Assembly (NCBI RefSeq): GCF_002952055.1
Contig: NZ_CP021255.1
Span: forward strand, 806,851 to 870,850
DNA from: Desulfobulbus oralis
Lineage (GTDB): Bacteria; Desulfobacterota; Desulfobulbia; Desulfobulbales; Desulfobulbaceae
DNA length: 64,000 bases
Direction: 5' to 3'
Every line of letters begins with the position of its first letter. The first letter of the stretch is position 1. Positions 40,810 through 50,782 of the stretch are shown here, in pieces. Position numbers and translations under genes: made by a program. Below the pieces are notes generated by a model that saw only the letters and a list, made by a program, of their open reading frames with translations, did not search any database and was not told where the DNA came from.

Positions 40810-41517
40810 ATGAACATGCGGCAGAACAAACAGGCCATTCTGGCCCTGGTGGCCGATACGGGCCTGTCTTTGGCAGAGCTGCTGACCCGGCTGGCCGCTT
40901 ACCCGGCACAGGCGGCGGTGCATGCCCTGTTTTCGGCCTTGTGCCGGCCGGAAGCGCTCTTGCGCTGGCGGGGCGTGTCCTGCATGGGCGCGACTCTGGC
41001 CCGGCTGGCCGATGCCGACATGGAGGCCGCCCGGATTGTGATGCGGCGTTTGCTCTGGAGCCTGAATGACGAGTCCGGCGGCATTGGCTGGGGCGCGCCG
41101 GAAAGCATGGCCGAGGCTATGTGCCGCCACCAGGGACTGGCTCTGGAATACGCTCACATGCTGCTCTCCTATCTCCGGGAGGATGGTGCGGAACCCTGGC
41201 AGGACGGCAATTATCTGGAGCATCCGCTTTTGCAGCAGGGCGTGCTCTGGGGTCTGGCCCGCCTGAGCGGCTGCCGGCAAGCCCTGCTGGTGCAGCTCGG
41301 TGCCGGCCCGGAACTGCTGCCTTTTCTGGCTGCGCCGGAGGCCACGGCCCGGGCGCTCGACTGCATCGCCCTGGGCAATCTGGGGCTCGAAACGACGCGG
41401 GCTGCCCTGCAAGCCCTGGCCGGGGACAGGGCTCCGGTGCGCCTCTACACGGCAGAGGGGGCCTTTGTGCAAACGAGCGTAGGCGCCTGCGCCACAGGAG
41501 CAATGGAGCGGATATGA
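40810..41517 (+). CDS. Hypothetical alpha-helical (HEAT/ARM-like repeat) protein.
   Basis: The protein is 235 aa with repeating helical Leu/Ala-rich segments. I recognise no catalytic motif, and its stop overlaps the downstream start (ATGA). Confidence 0.4.
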   Translation: MNMRQNKQAILALVADTGLSLAELLTRLAAYPAQAAVHALFSALCRPEALLRWRGVSCMGATLARLADADMEAARIVMRRLLWSLNDESGGIGWGAPESMAEAMCRHQGLALEYAHMLLSYLREDGAEPWQDGNYLEHPLLQQGVLWGLARLSGCRQALLVQLGAGPELLPFLAAPEATARALDCIALGNLGLETTRAALQALAGDRAPVRLYTAEGAFVQTSVGACATGAMERI

Positions 41518-42797
41518 GCAAGACAGCGCAGCGATTTTTTCCGGCCGCGGCCTGTGCCCAGTTGCACATCGCCCTGGGCGATGCCGGCGCCAACCTGAGC
41601 GCACTCGAGGGGCTGCTGGCAGCCCGGCCGCCGATCCCGGACAGCCTTGTGCTGCTGCCCGAGATGTGGGCGAGCGGCTTTGTCTTTGGAGAAACGGCCC
41701 GTCTCGCCGCGGAAACTCCAGAGCTGCTGGAGAACCTGAAAAAACTCGCGGCCCGTTACCACATTTTTCTGGCGGGCAGTCTGACGGCCCTGGAGCAGGG
41801 CCGGAGCCTGCCCCTGAACCGCCTCTATCTGGTGGGGCCCGAAGGGCTGCTCGGGCAGGCGGACAAGCAGTTTCTCTTTGCCGCATGGCAGGAGGATCGG
41901 CATTTCCGGCCGGGCCGGGCCTGCCTGCCCATGGCAACGCCAATGGGCCCGGTGGGCGCTTTGGTCTGCTATGATCTGCGCTTTCCCGAGATCTCCCGCG
42001 AGCTGGCCTTTGCCGGCTGCCGGCTGCTCATCGTCGCTGCCGAATGGCCCCTGTCGCGACTGGCCCACTGGCGGGCGCTGACCCAGGCCCGGGCCATTGA
42101 AAACCAGTGCTATGTGGTGGCCTGCAATGCCTGCGGGCAGACGGGCGGGCTGATCATGGCCGGGCATTCCAGGATCCTGGGGCCGGGCGGCGAGGTGCTG
42201 GCCGAGGCGGGGGAGGAACCGGGCCTCGTGGTCGCGCCCCTCGATGCCGCGGCACTGGATGCCCAGCGTCATCTCTTCTGCGCGCCGGCGGAACGGCCCT
42301 GGCGCGGGAGCGACAGCGGCAAGCTCTGCACGCTGGCCGAAGTGCTGCCACGGCTTGCGGCCCTGCGCGGCCAGGGCAGCCGGATCGCCTTTACCAACGG
42401 CTGCTTTGATCTCCTGCATGCCGGCCACGTGACCTATCTGGAAGAGGCCAGGCGCTCGGCAGACTGTCTGGTCCTGGGGCTGAACAGCGACGCTTCGGTC
42501 CGTGCGCAGGGCAAGGGCCGGGAACGGCCGGTCAACCCCGAAGCCGACCGGGCGCGAGTGCTGGCGGCCCTGGGCTGTGTGGATTTTATCGTGCCCTTCG
42601 ATACGCCCACGCCGCTCGCCCTCATCAGGGCCATCCTGCCGGATGTGCTGGTCAAGGGTGCAGACTGGCCGGAGGAGCAGATCGCAGGCGCGGCCGAGGT
42701 GCTGGCGGCGGGCGGCCGGGTGCTGCGCATCCCCCTGAGCCCGGGGCGCTCCACCACGGCGATCATCCGGCGCATTGCAAAACATGTGGCTGGGTAG
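41514..42797 (+). CDS. Bifunctional protein with a carbon-nitrogen hydrolase (nitrilase-superfamily) domain fused to a heptose-1-phosphate adenylyltransferase (RfaE domain II) cytidylyltransferase-fold domain.
   Basis: The N-terminal half reads ...LLPEMWASGF...ALVCYDLRFPE...IENQCYVVACNACG (CN-hydrolase E-K-C triad context). The C-terminal half reads IAFTNGCFDLLHAGHVTYLEEAR...LVLGLNSDASV...VDFIVPFD (HxGH nucleotidyltransferase). Confidence 0.7.
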   Translation: MSKTAQRFFPAAACAQLHIALGDAGANLSALEGLLAARPPIPDSLVLLPEMWASGFVFGETARLAAETPELLENLKKLAARYHIFLAGSLTALEQGRSLPLNRLYLVGPEGLLGQADKQFLFAAWQEDRHFRPGRACLPMATPMGPVGALVCYDLRFPEISRELAFAGCRLLIVAAEWPLSRLAHWRALTQARAIENQCYVVACNACGQTGGLIMAGHSRILGPGGEVLAEAGEEPGLVVAPLDAAALDAQRHLFCAPAERPWRGSDSGKLCTLAEVLPRLAALRGQGSRIAFTNGCFDLLHAGHVTYLEEARRSADCLVLGLNSDASVRAQGKGRERPVNPEADRARVLAALGCVDFIVPFDTPTPLALIRAILPDVLVKGADWPEEQIAGAAEVLAAGGRVLRIPLSPGRSTTAIIRRIAKHVAG

Positions 42798-43043
42798 CGG
42801 CCACCAGCGCCGCCTGCGGCCTCAGCGTCCCTGGCTGCGGCATAGCGGCGTGGAGCGCAGGGCAGGCAGTTCTGCATTTCATCAGGAGAGTATTTTGCCT
42901 ATGTTGCTTCAGAGCGTACTCGAGCGTGAGCCGAAAAGGCAGGGACAGCGGGTATGGCGCAAACGGCGGCATCTGGACGGGAGCATGCGGCAGCCGGCCC
43001 CTGGCCCCGGCTTGCGGCCGCGCCGCCTTTGGCCCGTTTGGCC

Positions 43044-43475
43044 ATGAGCCCGCCCGTACTCCGGATTCTGGGCCGCGTGCGTTCCGGGCTCGGCAGCCTG
43101 GATGAAGCGCCCCCTCAGGGCGAAGAGGGCGGATCTGCTGCCTGGCTTGAGCTCGACGAAGCGCTGGCTCCGGCCCTGACCGGGATCAGGATTGGGCAGG
43201 AGCTGGTGCTGCTCACCTGGCTGCACAGGGCCAGACGCGACACGCTGCTGTGTCATCCGCGCTCCGATCCCAGCCGTCCCCTGACCGGGGTTTTCGCCAC
43301 CCGCTCGCCGAACCGGCCCAATCCCATCGGCCTGCACCGGGTGCAAGTCCGCCGGATCGAGGGAACGCGCCTGCTGGTCTTCCCGCTGGAGGCCATAGAC
43401 GGCACCCCAATTCTGGATCTCAAGGCCGCCTGGCGGGTACCTGCTGCCCCTGGTCTCAAGGGCCAGCTTATCTGA
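43044..43475 (+). CDS. trmO: tRNA (adenine37-N6)-methyltransferase TrmO/TsaA-like domain protein (YaeB family).
   Basis: The protein reads LRILGRVRSG...GVFATRSPNRPNPIGLHRVQVRRIEG...DGTPILDLK. The start is uncertain (ATG 43044 or 42954). Confidence 0.6.
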   Translation: MSPPVLRILGRVRSGLGSLDEAPPQGEEGGSAAWLELDEALAPALTGIRIGQELVLLTWLHRARRDTLLCHPRSDPSRPLTGVFATRSPNRPNPIGLHRVQVRRIEGTRLLVFPLEAIDGTPILDLKAAWRVPAAPGLKGQLI

Positions 43476-44307
43476 ACCGGGGCTGACAGTGCGGGCAGAA
43501 CCAGGTTGAACGACCGGCCAGCACCGTGTGGCTCAGGGGGGTGCCGCAACTCGGGCAGGACTCGCCGCTTTTGCCGTATACCTGCAGTTGCAACTGGAAA
43601 TAGCCGGGATGACCGTCTGCGCCCAGAAAATCGGCAATGGTGGCACCGCCCGCCTGAATGGCGGCCTCGAGAATCCGGCGGCTCTCGTGGATAAGCCCTG
43701 CCCAGTCGGGAGCCTGGAGCGTGGCAGCCGGCCGCTCCGGATGCAGGCCGGCGGCAAAGAGGATTTCGTTGGCATAGATATTGCCGATGCCGGCAATCAG
43801 GCGGCTGTTCATCAGGAAGGATTTGAGCGGCGTCTGGCGTTCGGCTGCCAGGGCCAGCAGCGTTTCGGCCGTGAAATCCGGCCCCAGCGGCTCCAGCCCC
43901 TCGGCGGCGGAAAAGGCCTGCTCGCTTGTGGCCGCGTCTTTGGCAGGCCACAGCAGCACCGCGCCGAAACGACGGGCATCGTTGAGACGCATGAGCTGGC
44001 CGCTGTCCAGGGCCAGCTCCAGATGATCGTGCCTGCGGCGCGGCGTAGCGGCAGGCAAGAGCGAGAGCTTGCCGCTCATGCCCAGATGCAGGACCAACAC
44101 CGCGCCGCCGGCAAAACGAAAGAGCAGATACTTGGCGCGACGGTCGATGCCGACGATCCGCCCGCCCAGCAGATGCCGTTTCAGCCGCGCCGCACTCACC
44201 GTGGCCCGGAGCGGGAGGCGGCTCGTCCAGGCCGCCTGCACCACCCGGCCCGCCACCGCGGGCAAAAGACCCCGACGGGTCACTTCCACTTCCGGCAGTT
44301 CAGGCAT
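43468..44307 (-). CDS. mutM: Formamidopyrimidine-DNA glycosylase.
   Basis: The N-terminus reads MPELPEVEVTRRGL (catalytic Pro2/Glu3), followed by ...LGMSG... and a C-terminal zinc finger CPSCGTPL...CPHC. GGAGG lies 9 nt upstream of ATG 44307. Confidence 0.85.
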   Translation of the reverse strand: MPELPEVEVTRRGLLPAVAGRVVQAAWTSRLPLRATVSAARLKRHLLGGRIVGIDRRAKYLLFRFAGGAVLVLHLGMSGKLSLLPAATPRRRHDHLELALDSGQLMRLNDARRFGAVLLWPAKDAATSEQAFSAAEGLEPLGPDFTAETLLALAAERQTPLKSFLMNSRLIAGIGNIYANEILFAAGLHPERPAATLQAPDWAGLIHESRRILEAAIQAGGATIADFLGADGHPGYFQLQLQVYGKSGESCPSCGTPLSHTVLAGRSTWFCPHCQPRFR

Positions 44308-45109
44308 GTTCTCCATCCTCCGCAGTCAGGGCCAGGGCATGACCGGCACGGAGCGCGGCCCGCACCACCACGGATTCGGGCCGGTCGCTCAGGGCGCAGT
44401 ACAGTAAAACGGGTGCTCCGGCCGCCGGACTGCCCTCGAGAGCCGTGACCCGGATGCGCTCCATGAACGTCGGCTGGCTGGCATAGACACGCTTCTTCAC
44501 CGCCTCCTTGGCGGCCCAGAGCAGGGTCAGCCAGGAAAGGGCATCCGTGCCGGCGCCCAGCGCCCGTTCTTCGGCATCCGCAAAGCGCTCCTGCACCCGC
44601 ACAAGCCTGGGGCTGCGTTCCTGCACATCCAGCCCGCAGGCTGCATATGCGGCAACTGCCACGGCCAGACCGCCGCTGTGGGACAGGGAAAGCCGCGGCA
44701 TCGGGCGGCAGATCTGGTCTGCAGCCTGCGCCAGGGGTTGGCCGTGACAGTCATTGACGATGCCGATCTGTGCTGGGACCAATGCCTTCGTTGCTGCCAG
44801 TTGCATCAGGGCGAACTTGGCCGCAAGCCGGCCACCCAGCCACTCCTGGCGCCGTCTGGGCAGTTTCAGACCGCAGAAACGCCGCTTCTCCGCCTCGGTC
44901 AGGAGCCCTGACAGCGCAGCCCCGACACCGGGCGGCGCCGCCAGCTCCGCAAGCAGTTGCAGCGGCAGCGCTGCCAGCCGGATGTCTGCGGCAGCGGGCG
45001 GCGTCATGCCGGCCCAGAGTCCGTCCATATCCTGCATGCCCTGACACAGCAGCGGCCAGAGCTCTGTGGCAGAAAGTCCAGCTTCTATCATAGGCGGGGC
45101 GAGAGTCAT
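44300..45109 (-). CDS. 4'-phosphopantetheinyl transferase (Sfp/EntD-type).
   Basis: The protein reads WLGGRLAAKFA...SLSHSGGLAVAVAA...WAAKEAVKK, the PPTase signature. Confidence 0.65.
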   Translation of the reverse strand: MTLAPPMIEAGLSATELWPLLCQGMQDMDGLWAGMTPPAAADIRLAALPLQLLAELAAPPGVGAALSGLLTEAEKRRFCGLKLPRRRQEWLGGRLAAKFALMQLAATKALVPAQIGIVNDCHGQPLAQAADQICRPMPRLSLSHSGGLAVAVAAYAACGLDVQERSPRLVRVQERFADAEERALGAGTDALSWLTLLWAAKEAVKKRVYASQPTFMERIRVTALEGSPAAGAPVLLYCALSDRPESVVVRAALRAGHALALTAEDGEHA

Positions 45110-45356
45110 CAGGCCCTGAGGCCTGCGGGCGCAGCCAGGCGCCCGTATTCAGTGGTGGACAATCTGGCTGGTCCTAGTATTTTATGGGCATTGAGCTGGC
45201 CTTCAGGAGCAAAGCGGCGCAGACCCTGAAACATCTCCTCTCCCCGCGTCAGACGGCAGCAGCAGTTTTTTCAGGCCAGCCAGGGGCTGCTTGCCATGGA
45301 GGCGGCAACAGGGGAGGACAAGCCGCTTGCCCTTTCACCTCAACCCCCGGAATATC

Positions 45357-45998
45357 ATGAACGATGCTGTCACCTGGCTCGATCTGGTCGTCTTCATCCT
45401 GCTGGCCTTCTTCATCGTGCGCGGCGCCTGGGTAGGACTGATTCGCCAGCTTGCCGCCTTTTTCGCCCTGGTGGGCAGTTATGTCATTGCCGCCCGCTAT
45501 GTGGGCCTGCTTCTGCCCTGGACCAGAAATTTCGTGGACAGGCCGGCCCTGGTCTTTCTGGTCAGCTTTGTCCTGCTCTTTCTGGCTGCCGCGATCCTGT
45601 TCAGTCTGGCCGGAAAAATTCTGCACAGGCTGGTGCAGGTCGTGCTTCTGGACTGGTTCGACCGGCTGCTGGGTCTGCTTTTGGGCATCGTCAAGGCCGG
45701 CATCCTGGCCTCATTGCTCTATATGGCGCTGGCCAGCACGCTTTCCGCATCGAACACCCTGCTCTCCCGCTCCTGCACCGCACCCTTTCTCCGCGAGGGC
45801 GCGGAATTGCTCAAGACCCTGATCCACGATCAAAAGATTCGCGACTACTTCAGGGAAAACGCGCCGGCCATCCCGCCGGAGCTGATGAACCCGGACGGGG
45901 AAAAAAACAAAGAACCCGGCTGGACCCAGGGGCAGGGCCCCGGCAAGCCGGGACGGTCGGATGTGGCAGAGCCGAAGGCCGCCGGAAAACCGCGCTGA
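45357..45998 (+). CDS. cvpA: CvpA family membrane protein (colicin V production protein).
   Basis: The N-terminus reads MNDAVTWLDLVVFILLAFFIVRGAWVGLIRQ. The protein has four transmembrane helices and is 213 aa. Confidence 0.7.
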   Translation: MNDAVTWLDLVVFILLAFFIVRGAWVGLIRQLAAFFALVGSYVIAARYVGLLLPWTRNFVDRPALVFLVSFVLLFLAAAILFSLAGKILHRLVQVVLLDWFDRLLGLLLGIVKAGILASLLYMALASTLSASNTLLSRSCTAPFLREGAELLKTLIHDQKIRDYFRENAPAIPPELMNPDGEKNKEPGWTQGQGPGKPGRSDVAEPKAAGKPR

Positions 45999-46877
45999 TC
46001 AGCCCAGAGCCTCGGCCAGAAGCGCGTCCCGGCAGCGGCCGACAAAGCATCGCAGATCCTCTTGCCAGTCCTGCATGACATTGCAGCCGGCAGCCTTCAA
46101 CCGGCTGTTTTCCAGAATGGAATTGGCCGGCCGCCTGGTGGGCGTGGGATATTCGGCCGTGGTGCAGGGCTCCATGCTGTAGGGCAGGCCCATGCAGTCC
46201 AGAAAGCAACGCGCAGCCTCGTACCAGGTGCTGTAGCCTTCGCTGGTGGCGTGAAAAATGCCGGTCAGATCGCTGGCCAAAAGGCGCTCGATCTGCAGGG
46301 CCAGCCGCCATGACCAGGTCAGCGAACCGTACTGGTCGTTGACCACCCGGATGCAGCGCTTCGGGTTGGCCAGAGCCAGGCGCAGCATGGTCTTGAGGAA
46401 ATTGCCGTTGCCCATGCCGTAGAGCCAGGCGGTGCGCAGAATGGCGTAGTCGGCCGTTTCCGCCTCTACGGCGCGCTCGCCGGCCAGCTTGCTCCTGCCA
46501 TACACGGACAGCGGCCGTGGCGGGTCGGTCTCCACATAGGGCCTGGGCACCGGCCGCTCACCGTCGAAGACATAATCGGTCGACACGTGGATGAGCCGCG
46601 TTCCGTGTTTGCGGGCCGAGCGGGCCAGCAGCTCCGGACCCCTGGCGTTGACGGCCATGCAGGCCTCGACCCTGGTCTCGCAGGCGTCCACGGCGGTGAA
46701 GGCCGCGCAGTTGACCAGCACTGCCGGCTTTTCCCGCGCAAACAGGGCTGCCACCTGCTCCGCATCGGTGATGTCCACTTCCGCCGAGCCGCCGGCCCAG
46801 ATCTGGTGTTTTCTGCCCAGAATTTCCCGGGCGTCCTGGCCAAGCTGGCCGTTTGCGCCAACAATGACGATTTTCAT
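45999..46877 (-). CDS. rmlD: dTDP-4-dehydrorhamnose reductase.
   Basis: The N-terminus reads MKIVIVGANGQLG, followed by ...STDYVFDG...YGRSKLAGE. The start is set at the internal Met of the track ORF. Confidence 0.85.
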   Translation of the reverse strand: MKIVIVGANGQLGQDAREILGRKHQIWAGGSAEVDITDAEQVAALFAREKPAVLVNCAAFTAVDACETRVEACMAVNARGPELLARSARKHGTRLIHVSTDYVFDGERPVPRPYVETDPPRPLSVYGRSKLAGERAVEAETADYAILRTAWLYGMGNGNFLKTMLRLALANPKRCIRVVNDQYGSLTWSWRLALQIERLLASDLTGIFHATSEGYSTWYEAARCFLDCMGLPYSMEPCTTAEYPTPTRRPANSILENSRLKAAGCNVMQDWQEDLRCFVGRCRDALLAEALG

Positions 46878-46884
46878 GTCCGCC

Positions 46885-47769
46885 TCAGGTCCGCAGGGCC
46901 GCCTGCCCATCCAGCATGTCCATCAGGTAGCGGCCATACTGGTTTTTCAGCATGGGCGCGGCCAGACGCTCCACCTGCAGCGCGTCGATATAGCCCATCC
47001 GGTAGGCGATTTCCTCGATGCAAGCCACCTTGAGCCCCTGCCGCTCCTGCACCGCTTCGATATAGCTGGCCGCATGCTGCAGGGATTCGTGGGTGCCGGT
47101 GTCCATCCAGCAGAAACCCCGGCCCAGCAGTTCCACCGACAGCCGGCCCTGTTGCAGATAGTGCCGATTCACGTCGGTAATCTCCAGCTCGCCCCGGGCC
47201 GAAGGCCTGATGGCGCGCGCCACCTGCACCACGTTGCTGTCATAGAAGTACAGGCCCGGCACTGCGTAGCGCGATTTCGGCCTGGCGGGCTTTTCCTCGA
47301 TGCCGATGACCCTGTTGTTCGCGTCGAACTCGACTACCCCGTAGCGTTCCGGGTCATTGACCAGATAGCCGAAGATGATGCCGCCCTCGGTCAGGTGGCT
47401 GCAGTGCTGCAGTACCCGGCCAAAATTGTGGCCATAGAAGATATTGTCGCCCAGAACGAGGCACACCGGCTCCCTGCCGATGAAGTCCGCGCCCAACAGA
47501 AAGGCCTGGGCCAGACCCTCCGGCTGCGGCTGCTCCAGGTAGCTGAAATTCAGCCCCAGCCCGGTGCCGTCGCCAAAAAGCGCCTGAAAGCGCGGCAGAT
47601 CCTGGGGGGTGGAGATGATGAGAATGTCGCGGATGCCGGCCAGCATCAGCACCGACAGCGGATAGTAGATAAGCGGTTTGTCATAGACCGGTAAAAGCTG
47701 CTTCGAAAGCACGCGCGTCAGCGGATAGAGACGGGTGCCGGAGCCGCCCGCGAGAATGATGCCTTTCAT
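46885..47769 (-). CDS. rmlA: Glucose-1-phosphate thymidylyltransferase.
   Basis: The protein reads [39 protein letters not shown] and is 294 aa. Confidence 0.9.
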   Translation of the reverse strand: MKGIILAGGSGTRLYPLTRVLSKQLLPVYDKPLIYYPLSVLMLAGIRDILIISTPQDLPRFQALFGDGTGLGLNFSYLEQPQPEGLAQAFLLGADFIGREPVCLVLGDNIFYGHNFGRVLQHCSHLTEGGIIFGYLVNDPERYGVVEFDANNRVIGIEEKPARPKSRYAVPGLYFYDSNVVQVARAIRPSARGELEITDVNRHYLQQGRLSVELLGRGFCWMDTGTHESLQHAASYIEAVQERQGLKVACIEEIAYRMGYIDALQVERLAAPMLKNQYGRYLMDMLDGQAALRT

Positions 47770-47890
47770 GGTTGCTCCCTGTGGCAGACGACACAGCTCT
47801 TGCAGGGTGCGCTGTGTCTGTGCTACTTTTGATTGCTATCGTGACAGGCATATACTGTATTTGCCCTCTCTTTCAAACCCTCTTTTCACC

Positions 47891-49261
47891 ATGGCCGCAA
47901 GCCTGCGCTGCATAACACCTTCAGATATCCGCGGCAGGGTGCCGGATGAGCTGAACGCCGCCCTGGCCGCCCGTATTGCCCTGGCCTTTGTCAGATACAC
48001 CGCCAGCCGGCACGTGGCGCTGGGCCGGGACGTACGGCCGAGCAGCCCGGAACTGGCCCGGGCGATCGGCAAGGCCCTGCTGGCCCAGGGCGTGTCCGTC
48101 ACGGATCTCGGTCTTTCGGGCAGCGAAGAGCTGTATTTTGCCGTGTTCAACGGGGAGGCTGCCGGCATCGACGGCGGCATCATGGTCACGGCCAGCCACA
48201 ATCCGGCCGAATACAACGGCATGAAGCTGGTGGGCCCTGGGGCAGCGCCCATCTGCCAGACAAATGGGCTGCCGGAGATTGTCCGGCTGGCGGCGGGTAT
48301 GACGGCCATGCCGGACACCGCGGCAAACCCCGGGCATTATGCGAAACAGCCGGACAAAAGCGCCTATGTCAGGCGCATCCTGGACATTGCCCGTCCGGAA
48401 CAGCTCCCGCCCTTCAGGATAGTGGTCAACAGCGGCAACGGCTGCGCCGGGCCGGTCATTGACGCCCTGGCCCCACACCTGCCCTTTGAGCTGATTCGCC
48501 TGCACCACAGGCCAGACGGCCGTTTTCCCAACGGTGTGCCCAACCCGCTGCTGCCGGAAAACCGCAGGGATACGTCCGAGGCGGTCATCCGGCAGCGGGC
48601 CGCACTGGGCATTGCCTGGGACGGCGACTTTGACCGCTGCTTTTTCTTTGACGAGAAAGGCCGTTTCATCGAAAGCGCCTATGTGGTCGGGCTCCTGGCT
48701 GCGGCCATGCTGGCGCTGCATCCCGGAGCCGCCATTCTGCACGACGCGCGTGTCGTCTGGAACACGGAAGACATGGTGGCCCGGGCCCACGGCCGGACCA
48801 TCATGGCGCCAAGCAGCCATGCGCTTATCAAGGCCGCCATGCGGCAAAGCGGTGCGATTTACGGGGGCGAGATGTCGGCGCACCACTATTTTCGGGACTT
48901 TGGCTGCTGCGATTCCGGCATCCTGCCCTGGCTTTTGGTCTGTCGGCTCATGGCGGAGCAGGGGCAGCCTCTGTCCGCACTGGTGGCCGAGCGCATCCGC
49001 GCTTTTCCGGTCAGCGGAGAGATCAGTCTCAGGCTCAAAACGCCGGCCGGGGCCATACTGAACACAGTCCGAAGCCGTTACGCCGATGGAGTGGTCAACG
49101 AAAGCGACGGCCTGTCCATCAGCTACCCGGATTTTCGCTTCAACCTGCGGCCCTCCAGCACCGAGCCGCTTTTGCGCCTGAACGTGGAGACACGAGGGGA
49201 TGAGCGCCTGCTGCACGACAAAACCCGGGAGCTCCTGGCGCTGCTCCAGCCCCTCGTCTGA
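47891..49261 (+). CDS. manB: Phosphomannomutase/phosphoglucomutase.
   Basis: The protein has the active-site motif TASHNPAEYNGMK and the metal loop GIAWDGDFDRCFFFD. It is 456 aa. Confidence 0.85.
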   Translation: MAASLRCITPSDIRGRVPDELNAALAARIALAFVRYTASRHVALGRDVRPSSPELARAIGKALLAQGVSVTDLGLSGSEELYFAVFNGEAAGIDGGIMVTASHNPAEYNGMKLVGPGAAPICQTNGLPEIVRLAAGMTAMPDTAANPGHYAKQPDKSAYVRRILDIARPEQLPPFRIVVNSGNGCAGPVIDALAPHLPFELIRLHHRPDGRFPNGVPNPLLPENRRDTSEAVIRQRAALGIAWDGDFDRCFFFDEKGRFIESAYVVGLLAAAMLALHPGAAILHDARVVWNTEDMVARAHGRTIMAPSSHALIKAAMRQSGAIYGGEMSAHHYFRDFGCCDSGILPWLLVCRLMAEQGQPLSALVAERIRAFPVSGEISLRLKTPAGAILNTVRSRYADGVVNESDGLSISYPDFRFNLRPSSTEPLLRLNVETRGDERLLHDKTRELLALLQPLV

Positions 49262-49283
49262 GTCGTAACCCGAAAGGACCGCT

Positions 49284-50702
49284 ATGGCCATTCAACCCGT
49301 CATTCTGGCCGGGGGCACCGGCACCCGACTCTGGCCGCTTTCCCGCGAGCTGTATCCCAAGCAGGTGATCCGGCTTCTGGGCGAGCATTCGCTGCTGCAG
49401 AACACCCTGCTGAGGGCGGCGCTCATCCCGGAAGCCAGGGCGCCGCTTCTGGTGGCGAGCGAACAGCAGCGCTTCATGATCCAGCATCAGGTGCAGAGTC
49501 TGGGCCGCTCGGCCCGCATGCTCCTGGAGCCCCTGGCCCGGGATACCGGCGCGGCCGTATGCGGCGCGGCGGCCTTCCATCGCGCTTGCGGGGCCGCGGA
49601 CGACGTGCTGCTCATCCTGCCGGCCGACCATCTCATCCGCCGGACCGAAGCCTTCCTGGCCGCTGTGGCCGAGGCCGCCCGGCGCGCCCGGGAAGGCCAT
49701 CTCGTCACCTTTGGCCTGATCCCCAGCCGGCCGGAAACCGGTTTCGGTTATATTGCGGCGGATGCCGGGGGGCAGGTGGAGCGTTTTGTGGAAAAGCCCG
49801 ATCTGGAGACTGCCAAAGCCTACTGCATGAGCGGCAGATATCTCTGGAACAGCGGCATGTTCGCCTTCAGGGCCGATACGTTTCTGGCCGAAATGGCACG
49901 TCATGCGCCCGGGATCCATGCCGCCATGACGGCTGCCGTCCGTGACGGCAGTCAGGAGGAGGGCGGGGCCTGTTTTACCTTTGCCAAGGCCGCCATGGCC
50001 CAATCGCCGTCCATCTCCATCGACCATGCGCTGATGGAAAAAACGGAGCATGCCGTTGTCGTGCGCTGCGAGCTGGGCTGGAGCGACATCGGCTCCTGGC
50101 AGACCCTCTGGGAAGTCCTGGACAAGGATGAAAACGGCAATGCGGTCACGGGCGACGTGCTGCTCTCCGGCGTGCGCGATTCCCTGATTCGTGCGGACCA
50201 CAGCCTGCTGGCCGCCATTGGCCTGGAAAAGATGCTGGTGATGCAGAGCGCGGATGCGGTGCTGGTCGCGCCGCTGGCCCGCTCGCAGGAGGTGAAGCAG
50301 ATGGTTGCGGAGCTGAAGCAGCGGGGGCGGAGCGAATATCACTGTCACCGGCAGGTGTTCCGGCCCTGGGGCAGCTATACACTGCTGGAGGAGCAGCCGC
50401 GCTTTCAGATCAAACGGCTGTCGGTCAATCCGGGGGCCAGCCTGTCCCTGCAGAAGCACCGCTTCCGGCATGAGCACTGGGTCGTGGTGTCGGGCATGGC
50501 CACGGTGCAGAACGGCACTGACACCCTGACCCTGCATGAAGACGAATCCACCCATATTCCGGCCGGCACCCTGCATCGGCTGGCCAACAACCAGAGCGTG
50601 CCGCTGGAGATCATTGAAGTGCAGATTGGCAGCTACTTGGGCGAAGACGATATCGAGCGCTTCGAGGATGCATATGGCCGCCGCAGCGGCAGTGCGGACT
50701 GA
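49284..50702 (+). CDS. manC: Mannose-1-phosphate guanylyltransferase / mannose-6-phosphate isomerase (type II PMI-GMP).
   Basis: The N-terminus reads MAIQPVILAGGTGTRLWPLSR. The C-terminal cupin domain reads ...PWGSY...HRFRHEHWVVVSG. The protein is 472 aa. Confidence 0.9.
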   Translation: MAIQPVILAGGTGTRLWPLSRELYPKQVIRLLGEHSLLQNTLLRAALIPEARAPLLVASEQQRFMIQHQVQSLGRSARMLLEPLARDTGAAVCGAAAFHRACGAADDVLLILPADHLIRRTEAFLAAVAEAARRAREGHLVTFGLIPSRPETGFGYIAADAGGQVERFVEKPDLETAKAYCMSGRYLWNSGMFAFRADTFLAEMARHAPGIHAAMTAAVRDGSQEEGGACFTFAKAAMAQSPSISIDHALMEKTEHAVVVRCELGWSDIGSWQTLWEVLDKDENGNAVTGDVLLSGVRDSLIRADHSLLAAIGLEKMLVMQSADAVLVAPLARSQEVKQMVAELKQRGRSEYHCHRQVFRPWGSYTLLEEQPRFQIKRLSVNPGASLSLQKHRFRHEHWVVVSGMATVQNGTDTLTLHEDESTHIPAGTLHRLANNQSVPLEIIEVQIGSYLGEDDIERFEDAYGRRSGSAD

Positions 50703-50782
50703 AGGACGAAAAAGACACAGGCCATGCCCGCCGGGGTATGCGCTGTGCGGGGCGGCCGCAGCCTGCGAGAGAAGAGCCAGGA

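Noticed and set aside
42775-43047. A 90-aa ORF, and a 48-aa ORF starting MLLQSVLEREP, between the CN-hydrolase fusion gene and trmO.
   Set aside because: The sequence is Arg/Pro-rich and low-complexity, and the apparent RBS spacing is poor. It is more likely a 5' leader or an alternative upstream start region of trmO.
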